DNA of 64,000 nucleotides, from contig OZ242272.1 of the NCBI GenBank assembly GCA_965207135.1, positions 2,750,544 to 2,814,543 of the forward strand, in the 5' to 3' direction. The notes under the pieces are model-generated. The model was not told where the DNA came from, did no database searches, and saw only the letters and a program-made list of their open reading frames with translations. Position 1 is the first letter of the stretch. Each line of letters opens with the position of its first letter. This DNA is from Chloroflexota bacterium. GTDB taxonomy: Bacteria; Chloroflexota; UBA11872; VXOZ01. A program made the position numbers and the translations under genes. Shown here in pieces: positions 50,114 through 59,108 of this stretch.

Positions 50114-50183
50114 CCGCATCCCTGGTAGCGCAGCCTCGCAACCTGCGCCCGCATCCCCGGTAGCGCAGGTTTGTAACCTGCGT
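50114..50183. repeat. tandem pair of 35-bp units, each carrying a GTAG-type REP palindrome
   Basis: ccgcatccctggtagcgcagcctcgcaacctgcgc and ccgcatccccggtagcgcaggtttgtaacctgcgt; another palindrome gcgggggacaagcccccgc at about 50249-50267. Confidence 0.75.
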
Positions 50184-50480
50184 CCGCTGCCGTGTGCCCT
50201 ACGCACAATCCAAACCGTATCGCTTACCTGACGGGAGTCCGACGACGAGCGGGGGACAAGCCCCCGCGCTGCGGTGTGCAGAAGGCGCGCACATTGATAA
50301 AGCCATGCTATCCGACCCAAGTGCTTATTGATCGTTTCATCAAGGACTTACACACTCACACGGACGGTAGGCGAGCGACCTCTGAGCAATCCCTTCTGCA
50401 CTGGTTTGGGAACCGCAGCGCGTAATTCTTAAGTCGCCGTCACACGTGTGACCTTTTGCTAGTCCCCAGTCGAGCGTCTT

Positions 50481-51254
50481 TCACGCCATGAGCGAGCCGC
50501 CATTGACGTCTAGACAAGCGCCGGTAACGTAGCTGGATTCGTCGCTCACGAGAAAGACCACCACACTCGCCAACTCTTCAGGATCCGGCAGACGGCGCAA
50601 CGGCGTGGCCTCAATCATGGTGGTGCGCTCCTCGTCGGTCATTTTTTCCCACGCAGCTTGCAGTGCCGGTCCGCTGACTGTGAAGCTGGGCACGAGACAG
50701 TTGACGTTGATGCCGTCGGGGCCAAGTTCCTTGGCGAGTTGGCGCGTCAGGCCGATAACGCCAATCTTGGCGCAGATATACTCCGGCGTGACCTGCCCGA
50801 ACCATGCTGTGCCGCGCGCGGCGCGCGAAGAGACATTCACGATCTTGCCGCTCTTTTGTTGCTTCATGTGTGGCACAGCGTACTTGATGCTGAGCATAGT
50901 GGACGTGAGGTTGATTGCAATGATCTCGTCCCAGTGCTCCCGATCGATCTTCTCAATTTCAGACTCCGCAGGCCGCTGACCCGCACCACCCGCATTATTG
51001 ACGAGAATATCAATCCGGCCGTATTCGGCCATCACAGCTTCCATCATGCGTTTCACTTCGTCCTCGTCTGTCAGGTCTGCCTGCAGCGCCAACGCCCGGT
51101 GGCCCTGCGCCCGGATCGCGGCCTCCGTCCCCTCGCCCTTCGCCACATCGACCACAACCACGTGACCGCCCTCCCGGGCGATAGCGTGGGCATACGTCGC
51201 TCCCAGACCGCCCGCGGCGCCAGTGACAATGGCAACTTTGTCTTGTAAGCGCAT
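50481..51254 (-). CDS. SDR oxidoreductase (FabG-like)
   Basis: TGAAGGLG, NNAG and YICAK. Confidence 0.9.
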   Translation of the reverse strand: MRLQDKVAIVTGAAGGLGATYAHAIAREGGHVVVVDVAKGEGTEAAIRAQGHRALALQADLTDEDEVKRMMEAVMAEYGRIDILVNNAGGAGQRPAESEIEKIDREHWDEIIAINLTSTMLSIKYAVPHMKQQKSGKIVNVSSRAARGTAWFGQVTPEYICAKIGVIGLTRQLAKELGPDGINVNCLVPSFTVSGPALQAAWEKMTDEERTTMIEATPLRRLPDPEELASVVVFLVSDESSYVTGACLDVNGGSLMA

Positions 51255-51287
51255 CCTTGTTCCCTCTCCGGTTGGACGCTCAGACCA

Positions 51288-52994
51288 TTATTCGGATTTC
51301 AATGCTGCCAACCGTTTGCGCAGATCAAGCTCCGGCGTCTGCCAAGGATCGACCTGCACGTCGAGCAGCACCGGGCCCTTGGCGGCAAACGCCGTTTCCA
51401 GCGCAGGCGCAAGCTCGCTAGGCTCCTTCACGGCTAAGCCCTCGCACCCAAAGCCACGGGCAATAAGCGCAAAGTCGGTAGCCGGGAAATCCACTTCTTC
51501 ATAGTCGCCGCTGTAATTCAGCATCTCCGATATTTTGCTGTAGCCGAGGCAGCTATTGTTCAAGACCACCACGATTATGTCTAGGCCATACTTGGCGAGC
51601 GCGGCCAGTTCGCCAATGGCGTACGTCACGCTGCCGTCGCCAACGACGACAACCACTTTGCCTTCCGGCTGGGCAAACCGGGCGCCAATCGCCGCCGGTA
51701 TGCCGAATCCCATGGTCGCCAGCCCGCGCGGGAACAGGAATCGCTGTCCGCCCCGCAAAACTCGTAAGTAGGAACCCACCCAACCTACGGAAAAACTGGC
51801 GTCGGAGACCACAATGTCCTCACGGCTGAGCCGCGCCTGGATCTGCGCCATGAGGTGCTGGGGACGAATCGGCGTGCCGGTATCGTTCAACTCCGCACCG
51901 ATCACCCTGTGCCACTGCGCCTTGTACGCGGCCACCTGGCTGAGCCAGGCGCTCCGCTCCGTGCCGAGGTCCGCGCATGCTTCTTTCAGCGCTTCCAGGC
52001 CGGCCCGCGCATCGGCCACCATTCCTGCTTCAACCTGAAAGACTTTGCCGACCTCAGCCGGATCAACGTCCAAGTGGACTATCCTTTGTGTTCGCGACGG
52101 CTGCGTCCACGCCGACGTCACCTGCTGCGACGACTTCATGCCGACCAAGAAGACCACGTCGGCGGCCGCGACCACCTGGTTTGCCGCCTCCGAGCCGTAT
52201 TGACCGCCCATCACCCCAATGGCGAGGGGATGATCATCGGGAAAGACGCCCTTGCCGGAAATAGTGGTCGCAACAGGCACTTGCAGCCTCTCAACGAAAG
52301 CGCGAAGAGCATCCCAGGCTTGGGCAATCGCCACACCGCCGCCTGCCACGACGACCGGTCGTTCGGCACTGCCGAGCACGCGCGCCACAGACGCCACGTC
52401 TGCCGGTTCCGGGTGCGCCCGCCAGGCGGGAAAGCGGCCGGCGCGCGGATGGCCCGCGATGTCTGCCGCGTTTGCGTCCCAGTCCTCCTTGAAGACATCT
52501 GCCGGAATGTCGAACACCACCGGCCCCGGTCGGCCCGCCGACGCAAGATTGAAACTATACCGCACCGTATCGGACAACGTCGCCTGGCCGGTAACTCGAA
52601 ACGTTCCTTTCGTAATGGGCGTAAAGGGCGAGACCTGCTCCACGCCCTGCGCCGTGCTGCCGCGCTCACTCCACACCATCCAGTCGCGCGGGGCATTGCT
52701 GAGGATTCCCAACACGGGAATGGAGGAGTTATACGCTTCAGCCAAGCCGGAAGGGAGCTTGAGCACGCCCACGCCAAAGGCGGCGTCGCACACGCCCACT
52801 TTGCCGCTCACCCGCGCGTAGCCGTCGGCCGCATACGCGCTGGAACGCTCGTCGCGCACGGCGATATGGCGCGCAACGCTGCGCCGGCGGTGCAACGCGT
52901 CATTAAGGGGATAGCCCTGACCGCCAATCGCCCCAAAGACGTACTCCACGCCATGAGCAATGAGGAGTTCCGCAAGCAGGTCACCGGTATTCAT
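51288..52994 (-). CDS. thiamine-diphosphate-binding protein (acetolactate synthase-like)
   Basis: RDERSSAYAADGYAR, GRPGPV and GDG..NN ThDP motif. Confidence 0.9.
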   Translation of the reverse strand: MNTGDLLAELLIAHGVEYVFGAIGGQGYPLNDALHRRRSVARHIAVRDERSSAYAADGYARVSGKVGVCDAAFGVGVLKLPSGLAEAYNSSIPVLGILSNAPRDWMVWSERGSTAQGVEQVSPFTPITKGTFRVTGQATLSDTVRYSFNLASAGRPGPVVFDIPADVFKEDWDANAADIAGHPRAGRFPAWRAHPEPADVASVARVLGSAERPVVVAGGGVAIAQAWDALRAFVERLQVPVATTISGKGVFPDDHPLAIGVMGGQYGSEAANQVVAAADVVFLVGMKSSQQVTSAWTQPSRTQRIVHLDVDPAEVGKVFQVEAGMVADARAGLEALKEACADLGTERSAWLSQVAAYKAQWHRVIGAELNDTGTPIRPQHLMAQIQARLSREDIVVSDASFSVGWVGSYLRVLRGGQRFLFPRGLATMGFGIPAAIGARFAQPEGKVVVVVGDGSVTYAIGELAALAKYGLDIIVVVLNNSCLGYSKISEMLNYSGDYEEVDFPATDFALIARGFGCEGLAVKEPSELAPALETAFAAKGPVLLDVQVDPWQTPELDLRKRLAALKSE

Positions 52995-53092
52995 TCGTGC
53001 AATCCTGTTCGCTTGAAAGTCGCATCCAGGCTACCTGACACGCGTTGCCCCGTAAGGTGCACACTTCCGTGCGATCCACATTCTCGTGGAGA

Positions 53093-53130
53093 GTCCACTT
53101 TAGTGGACAGTACACTCTCGTACAGTGTAC
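53093..53130. promoter_or_regulatory. operator-like inverted repeats in the divergent promoter region
   Basis: GTCCACT-TT-AGTGGAC (53093-53108) and GTACACT-N7-AGTGTAC (53110-53130). Confidence 0.5.
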
Positions 53131-53139
53131 ATTGCCAAT

Positions 53140-53172
53140 CCGTTCGTGCTGAGCCTGTCGAAGCATGAATGG
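53140..53172. repeat. REP-like repeat, CTGAGC-TGTCGAA family
   Basis: ccgttcgtgctgagcctgtcgaagcatgaatgg; shares its 5' end with 27149. Confidence 0.65.
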
Positions 53173-53545
53173 ACTGGCACGGAATCTGGGGAACCTGCAA
53201 GGGCCATACACAAGCATTCACTGCTTTGCCTTGCAATTTCCAAACTCAACCACCTAGTGAGAAGATACCGCATTTGCTCAGGCACCTGCGACCTGCGCTA
53301 CGCCGACATCAATCGCGACCTCCCATCCGGTGGCGAAACCCAAGACCCGGCTGAATTCTCCGCTGGTTAGTCTAGCGCAAAGGCGATACTATACGGTCTG
53401 GAGAGCAGACATCCGCACAAATTTCGATCCCTCAGCAAGCTCAGGTGAGGCAAGCTCAGTGTGAAAGAGAGCTGTGCGCCACGACCCTTGGATATTACCT
53501 GCAGGCCTTCCTCATACCCATGACATAATTAGGAGCACTGCCACC

Positions 53546-54685
53546 ATGAAGATCACTGCCGTAAACGCGTTACCCATTGACCGCTACCTCTTTGTGCAGA
53601 TTGAGACCGACGCGGGCATTATCGGCCTGGGAGAATCCGGCACGTGGGGACACCTGGAAGCATCGCAAGCGGCATTGGAGAAGTTCGCCGCCTACCTGGT
53701 CGGTGAGAACCCCGGCCGGATCGAGCATCACTGGAACGTTATGTACCGCACCGCTCACTTCCGAGGTTCCGCCATCATGGGCGCGCTCTCCGCCATCGAC
53801 ATTGCCCTCTGGGACATCAAGGGTAAGCAGCATGGCGTGCCGGTCTACGATCTGCTGGGAGGCAAGTGCCGTGACAAGGCCAGGGTCTACTATCACGTGT
53901 ACGGCCGCACCATCGCCGAGCAAGTGCGCGGCTGCGTGGAGGCGCGTGACCTGGGCTTTACGGCCGTTGGGCATCTGAATCCCTTGCTCGACGAGGGTCG
54001 CGACGTGCCATTCTTCAAGACCCACGCCGCCAGGATCGGTGAAGCCGCCGACCACGTGCGCCAATACCGTGAGGCCATCGGCACCGACGTTGACCTCTGC
54101 ATCGAGATACACCGGCAGTTAACGCCCGCTGAAGCGGTGGTGCTTGCCCGCAGCATCGAACCCTACCACCCGTACTTCTACGAAGACCCCACGCTGCCCG
54201 ATAGCTTTGACGCTATGGCGCAGATTGCGGATAAGATCGGCATCCCGATTGCCACCGGCGAGCGGCTGCACACGCTGCATGAGTTTCAGATGCTGCTCAC
54301 GCGTGGAGCCGTGCAGTACGTGCGCCCTGACGTGTGTCTGGTCGGAGGCATCTCGGGCACCAAGAAGATTGCGGCGCTGGCTGAGGCGCACTACGTGGGC
54401 GTGGTGCCGCACAATCCGCTATCGCCGGTCAGCACCGCCGCCTGCCTGCAGATCGCCGCCTGCATTCCCAATTTCGCAATTCAGGAGTACCCCATTGGGG
54501 AGGACCGCCCGCCAAAGAGCGAAATCGTGCAGACCGCTGCGCAGTGCGAACAGGGCTTCCTCGTAATCCCGGATGCCCCCGGCATCGGCATTGAATTGAT
54601 GCCCAACGCCGCCGAGCGCTATCCGCCTGTGCCCCGCCCAACAGGCGCCCGGCTGCACGTCGATGGCAGCGTGGTGGACCAGTAG
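53546..54685 (+). CDS. mandelate racemase/enolase-superfamily dehydratase (galactonate dehydratase-like)
   Basis: GLGES, SAIDIALWDIKGK, IEIH, YEDP, ATGER, RPD and PHNP; AGGAG RBS. Confidence 0.88.
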   Translation: MKITAVNALPIDRYLFVQIETDAGIIGLGESGTWGHLEASQAALEKFAAYLVGENPGRIEHHWNVMYRTAHFRGSAIMGALSAIDIALWDIKGKQHGVPVYDLLGGKCRDKARVYYHVYGRTIAEQVRGCVEARDLGFTAVGHLNPLLDEGRDVPFFKTHAARIGEAADHVRQYREAIGTDVDLCIEIHRQLTPAEAVVLARSIEPYHPYFYEDPTLPDSFDAMAQIADKIGIPIATGERLHTLHEFQMLLTRGAVQYVRPDVCLVGGISGTKKIAALAEAHYVGVVPHNPLSPVSTAACLQIAACIPNFAIQEYPIGEDRPPKSEIVQTAAQCEQGFLVIPDAPGIGIELMPNAAERYPPVPRPTGARLHVDGSVVDQ

Positions 54686-54731
54686 TCCCGCGCAAGTTCC
54701 GCACCTGCGCAGCGTTCTAGGAATCGCGAGC

Positions 54732-55127
54732 ATGAAACCCAGACTTGGCAACAGCGCGGTAAGACATGTGGTTGGCGTTGCCTGTCTCGTCGCTCTCGTG
54801 TTCTTGAATTTGAGCACACTATCTGCCTGCGGGCCAGGGAGTTCAGCCGAGATCGAAATCCGCATCAACAACATTTCTCAATTCGACTTCACCGAGGTCA
54901 GCGTGGCCGATCAGCCCTTTGACGACCTCGCCGCCGGCACGCGCAGCGACTATGTGAAAGTCAGAACCCGCCTGGGCTACGCGGTCGTCAAACTGACGGC
55001 AGACGGCCGCAAAGTGACCGGACAGACCCTAAATTATGGGGCAAAACGCTTCACCTACGAAATAGACGTCGTAGATCTCCTGGCAGGCCAGTTGGCCGTC
55101 AACGTGATTCCGGAAGAAGATCCTTAG
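54732..55127 (+). CDS. hypothetical lipoprotein
   Basis: Signal peptide with LSAC lipobox; beta-rich. Confidence 0.65.
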   Translation: MKPRLGNSAVRHVVGVACLVALVFLNLSTLSACGPGSSAEIEIRINNISQFDFTEVSVADQPFDDLAAGTRSDYVKVRTRLGYAVVKLTADGRKVTGQTLNYGAKRFTYEIDVVDLLAGQLAVNVIPEEDP

Positions 55128-55204
55128 GTAGGGTAAAGCTCTCCTAAGTGTTTGCCGCAATTCAGTCTCTACTGTAGTCTAAATCCAGGAGACAAGAACT
55201 ATCA

Positions 55205-56083
55205 ATGGACTACTTAGATACCATACTTCACGGAGATTGTCAGGAGGTCCTAAGTTACTTACCTGATGATTCCATTGACCTGATCTTTACCTCTCCACCC
55301 TATGCCGATCAAAGGCAGAGCACGTATGGAGGCATAAAACCTGACAAGTACGTGGACTGGTTTATGCCAAAAGCAACCGAATTCTTTCGAGTCTTGAAAC
55401 CTACTGGAACGTTCGTTCTGAACATCAAAGAACGAGCGGTGAATGGCGAGCGACATCCTTATGTGATTGAACTCATACTCGAAATGCGGAGAACCGGCTG
55501 GCTATGGACTGAGGAGTTCATTTGGCACAAGAAGAACTCATACCCCGGAAAGTGGCCAAACCGATTCCGTGACAATTGGGAGCGACTGATTCAATTCAAC
55601 AAGCAGCGCAAATTCCACATGTACCAAGACTCTGTAATGATTCCTGTAGGTGAGTGGGCCAAAGATCGGCTTGCAAAACTGAGTGACACTGACCGAACCC
55701 GGGATGAATCGCGTGTTGGAAGCGGTTTCGGGAAGAACGTATCCAATTGGATCGGCCGAAACATGGTATACCCCAACAATGTAATCCACTTAGCCACCGA
55801 ATCCTCTAACAAGAGCCATAGTGCTGTGTTTCCTACGGAATTGCCCTCTTGGTTTATCAAGCTGTTTACCGAGACAGGCGACACAGTGTTGGACCCATTC
55901 ATTGGATCCGGTACCACGGCAGTTGCCGCCTTGACACTTGGAAGACACTACGTTGGTATCGATATAAACGACGACTTTGTCAGGCTGTCGGAGGAGCGGT
56001 TGCACAACACGCAAACTCGATTGCTTGAAACCAAAGCTGACTACAGTCTTGATGTCGCGCCAACTGATCGGAGAGGCACCTAA
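55205..56083 (+). CDS. type II R-M DNA methyltransferase (SPPY, probable N4-cytosine, beta class)
   Basis: FTSPPY, HSAVFP and LDPFIGSGTT. Confidence 0.9.
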   Translation: MDYLDTILHGDCQEVLSYLPDDSIDLIFTSPPYADQRQSTYGGIKPDKYVDWFMPKATEFFRVLKPTGTFVLNIKERAVNGERHPYVIELILEMRRTGWLWTEEFIWHKKNSYPGKWPNRFRDNWERLIQFNKQRKFHMYQDSVMIPVGEWAKDRLAKLSDTDRTRDESRVGSGFGKNVSNWIGRNMVYPNNVIHLATESSNKSHSAVFPTELPSWFIKLFTETGDTVLDPFIGSGTTAVAALTLGRHYVGIDINDDFVRLSEERLHNTQTRLLETKADYSLDVAPTDRRGT

Positions 56084-56866
56084 GTGGAAAGACTAGATAT
56101 GGACAAAGTGCGCGAATATGTGAATGAGAACATCAGCATTTTCCATCAGAGACGCGCGCACTCCATTGAGCAACTCAAACTCAAACGACTCTTGAGCAAG
56201 AACCCCTATTTGTTCAGGGCAAAGAATGTTCTCACAGCCTCTGAGATGATTGATGGCTTGTTGGCGGCATTTCTATCCTCATCGGAGGAACAGCTCTTTG
56301 GCGGATTCCTAGAGGGTCTGGCAGTTTTTGTCGCCCAATGCACTTCTGGCGGCCACAAGTCTGCTGCAGAAGGTATAGATCTAGAGTTCGTAAATAAGGG
56401 GATTCATTATGTGATATCAATCAAGTCTGGACCAAACTGGGGCAACAGCTCACAGCAGAACCAACTACAAACCAACCTTCAGCAAGCAGAAACAAGATTG
56501 AAGCAATTGCAAGCGGGAGTGAATGTCCAACCGGTACTTGGAATCTGCTATGGCAAAACAAAGACTTCCTATCTGCGGGGTTACCTTAAAGTTGTGGGTC
56601 AGAATTTTTGGTATCTGATTAGCGAAAACAGGGAACTGTACACCGAGATAGTAGAGCCAATTGGCTATCGTGCAAAGGAGTACAACGACAAATTCTCGCA
56701 AGAGAAGCCTCAGCTTGTAAACCGACTAAACAAAGAATTCCTTGCCGAATTCTGCGAGACATCGGGGGCGATTGATTGGCCTAGGCTTGTGAGATATTCC
56801 AGTGGTAACTATGATCTCGATGAGTTCATGGCTGACCAAGTCCAAGAAGACGCACCGCAGAGATGA
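56084..56866 (+). CDS. type II restriction endonuclease (PmeII/EcoO109I-like family)
   Basis: KNPYLF, SSEEQLFGGFLE, GIDLEF..ISIKSGPNWGNS and GQNFWYLIS; abuts the MTase. Confidence 0.8.
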   Translation: MERLDMDKVREYVNENISIFHQRRAHSIEQLKLKRLLSKNPYLFRAKNVLTASEMIDGLLAAFLSSSEEQLFGGFLEGLAVFVAQCTSGGHKSAAEGIDLEFVNKGIHYVISIKSGPNWGNSSQQNQLQTNLQQAETRLKQLQAGVNVQPVLGICYGKTKTSYLRGYLKVVGQNFWYLISENRELYTEIVEPIGYRAKEYNDKFSQEKPQLVNRLNKEFLAEFCETSGAIDWPRLVRYSSGNYDLDEFMADQVQEDAPQR

Positions 56867-56874
56867 GGCTCACC

Positions 56875-57519
56875 TTACCGCAACCGCCCGCGCAGTTTCG
56901 TTAGGCGGGTGGAGGCGTGGACGAGCCAGGAACTGCGCCGCTTGACTAGATGGCCTTCCCGCAGTGACTCCAGGAAAGTCTGGGGTGAATCGAAGTCCGC
57001 CATCTCGACGTACGCGCGGCCCAGTTCGTGCGCCGTGTGGGAGTCGCTGCCCGCCACCGGTATCAGGCCTTGCTCGGCGGCCAGCAACTCGGCGCGCCGG
57101 TTGTCACGGGCAAAGGCCGTGCGCGCATTGAATACTTCCATTATGTCCACTTGCGGCAAGACTCGCGTTAGTGCATCTTCCGAGAGGCGCGAGCGGCGGA
57201 AGCGATCGAACGGGTGGGGGATCATCACCAGCCCTTCTTGGTCGCGGATGTGCCGGATGGTCTCCTCCGGCGTGAGGCCGCGCGCGATCTCATCCTGCAG
57301 AAAGAGACCGATGATCTCGCCTTCGCAGGTCCTCACCTCGTTCCCCACAATCACCCGCAACGGCGCCCATTCTCGCAGCGCCAGCGCCCCGGCGCTGGTG
57401 TTGTGATCGGTAACTGCCACGCAGTCAATGCCCGCGCGCTGCCAGCCCGCGACGGCATCTGTCAACGCGAGTTCAGAGTCCGATGAGTAGACCGTATGTG
57501 TATGTAGATCGACGCGCAC
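56875..57519 (-). CDS. PHP domain protein
   Basis: DLHTHT..SD, AVTDHN, PHPF and GSDSH. Confidence 0.9.
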   Translation of the reverse strand: MRVDLHTHTVYSSDSELALTDAVAGWQRAGIDCVAVTDHNTSAGALALREWAPLRVIVGNEVRTCEGEIIGLFLQDEIARGLTPEETIRHIRDQEGLVMIPHPFDRFRRSRLSEDALTRVLPQVDIMEVFNARTAFARDNRRAELLAAEQGLIPVAGSDSHTAHELGRAYVEMADFDSPQTFLESLREGHLVKRRSSWLVHASTRLTKLRGRLR

Positions 57520-57543
57520 CAAGTATTTCTTCCTGATCCATCC

Positions 57544-57706
57544 CGTCACTGCCGCGCAAGCGGGAATTCATCATCTTTGTTGAGCCTCAGACTCATTGCC
57601 GCGGGGAAACCAGACCCTCACCCTAACCCTCTCCCAGCGGTGACCTGTGCAAAGCTCCGTCATTCGCGAAAAGCCTGCCCCGTACTCGATACGGGGCCGT
57701 AATCCA
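57544..57706. repeat. mosaic cluster of REP-like palindromes from two families
   Basis: cgtcactgccgcgcaagcgggaattca (57544-57570), ccctcaccctaaccctctccc (57615-57635), cgtcattcgcg..ccccgtactcgatacgggg..aatcca (57658-57706). Confidence 0.7.
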
Positions 57707-57747
57707 GAGGGGGTGTGGGTGATTTGAAATTACCTGCCGTGAGGCCG

Positions 57748-58884
57748 CTATTCACCCCTATCCCGACCTTCCCCCATCAAGGTGGTAGGGGTTTCGCAAA
57801 GGTCTCCAGCAGGAGAGGCGACTGATCCGTAGCCCTGCGGATGCCGCTGCAGCCAGTCCCACGCGCTGCTGATGATCGTCTCTAGGTCCGATGCTGCAGG
57901 TTCCCAGCCCAACTCGCGGCGAATTTTGCCCGCGCTCGCCAGCGACGCCGGCGCATCGCCGGGGCGCCGGGGACACTCCCGCACGGGGATTGGATGGCCG
58001 GTCACCCGGCGGGCCGTCTCGACAACTTCCAAATTGGTCACGCCGTGCTCGCTGCCGATGTTGTAGACAGTCACGCCACCGCCGCCTTCATACTCTTTGG
58101 CCCCATTGCTGTCCTTGTCCTTCCTGCCGGCCCTTTGATCGCCCCCGTCATTCCCGCGAAAGCGGGAATCCATCCCCTCTATCGCCAGCAAATGCGCCTG
58201 AGCCAGATCGCTTACGTGAATGTAGTCCCGACTCGCGGTGCCGTCGTGGGTCGCGTAGTCTGTGCCGTAAAGGTCCAGATGAGAGCGCCTGCCCTGCGCG
58301 ACCTGGAGCACGATGGGGATGAGATGACTCTCCGGCCGGTGGTCTTCACCATAGTTAAGCGTAGCGCCCGCGGCGTTGAAGAAGCGAAAGATCGTCGCTG
58401 TCATTCCGTGCGCCTGGGCGTACCACTGGAGTACGCTCTCCACCTGGCGCTTGCTCTCACTGTAGGGATTTAGCGGGTCTAGGGGGCAATCTTCCTCGAT
58501 GGGCAGCATGTCCGGCGTGCCATAAACCCCGGCCGTGGATGAAAACACGATGTGCGCAACCTTGGCTGCCACCATGGCATCGAGGACGTTCAGGGTGTTG
58601 GCGACATTGTTGCGGAAGTACTTGCCGGGATCGGTCATCGATTCGCCCATTTGAATATAGGCCGCCATGTGCACAACCACGTCGGGCGCGGCAGCTACCA
58701 CTGCCTCACACACACCGGCAGCATCGTTCGTATCGCCTTCCATGAGCGAGGTGCGCGGATCCACCGCCGACCGATATCCCGTCTCGAAGTTATCGAACAC
58801 ATGAACAGCATGCCCGCTATTCAACAGCAGTTCAGTCACAACGCTGCCGATGTAACCGGCGCCGCCGGTAACGAAGACTTTCAA
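57748..58884 (-). CDS. galE: UDP-glucose 4-epimerase with a repeat-derived insertion and tail
   Basis: GGAGYIGS, FSSTAGVYG, YSESK, RFFNAAGA, RDYIHVSDLA and RRPGD. Confidence 0.92.
   Translation of the reverse strand: MKVFVTGGAGYIGSVVTELLLNSGHAVHVFDNFETGYRSAVDPRTSLMEGDTNDAAGVCEAVVAAAPDVVVHMAAYIQMGESMTDPGKYFRNNVANTLNVLDAMVAAKVAHIVFSSTAGVYGTPDMLPIEEDCPLDPLNPYSESKRQVESVLQWYAQAHGMTATIFRFFNAAGATLNYGEDHRPESHLIPIVLQVAQGRRSHLDLYGTDYATHDGTASRDYIHVSDLAQAHLLAIEGMDSRFRGNDGGDQRAGRKDKDSNGAKEYEGGGGVTVYNIGSEHGVTNLEVVETARRVTGHPIPVRECPRRPGDAPASLASAGKIRRELGWEPAASDLETIISSAWDWLQRHPQGYGSVASPAGDLCETPTTLMGEGRDRGE
58146..58172. repeat. CGTC-type REP palindrome inside galE
   Basis: cgtcattcccgcgaaagcgggaatcca, read in galE as MDSRFRGND. 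Confidence 0.8.
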
Positions 58885-59108
58885 CTGACTACTTCCTAGC
58901 CGCAACTCTACTTACTTCTGTTGGACTGCACGGACAAGAGCCAAATCAAAAACTATTCTGACGTGATGCGCCAATCGGCAAACCGCCGAATTGCCATACC
59001 TTCAGATACCGCAATTTGCACACATCCTGGGTTCCGGCTTGCGCCGTAATGGTTACAAGCCCAATCAGCATCTCTCAATTCAATGCTAGCGTGATTTGCA
59101 CTTATTCT

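Noticed and set aside
50114-50183. 35-bp direct repeats as a CRISPR array
   Set aside because: Only two adjacent units, no spacers and no cas genes; they are REP-type
51855-53168. 437-aa plus-strand ORF
   Set aside because: Antisense shadow of the ThDP enzyme gene in high-GC DNA
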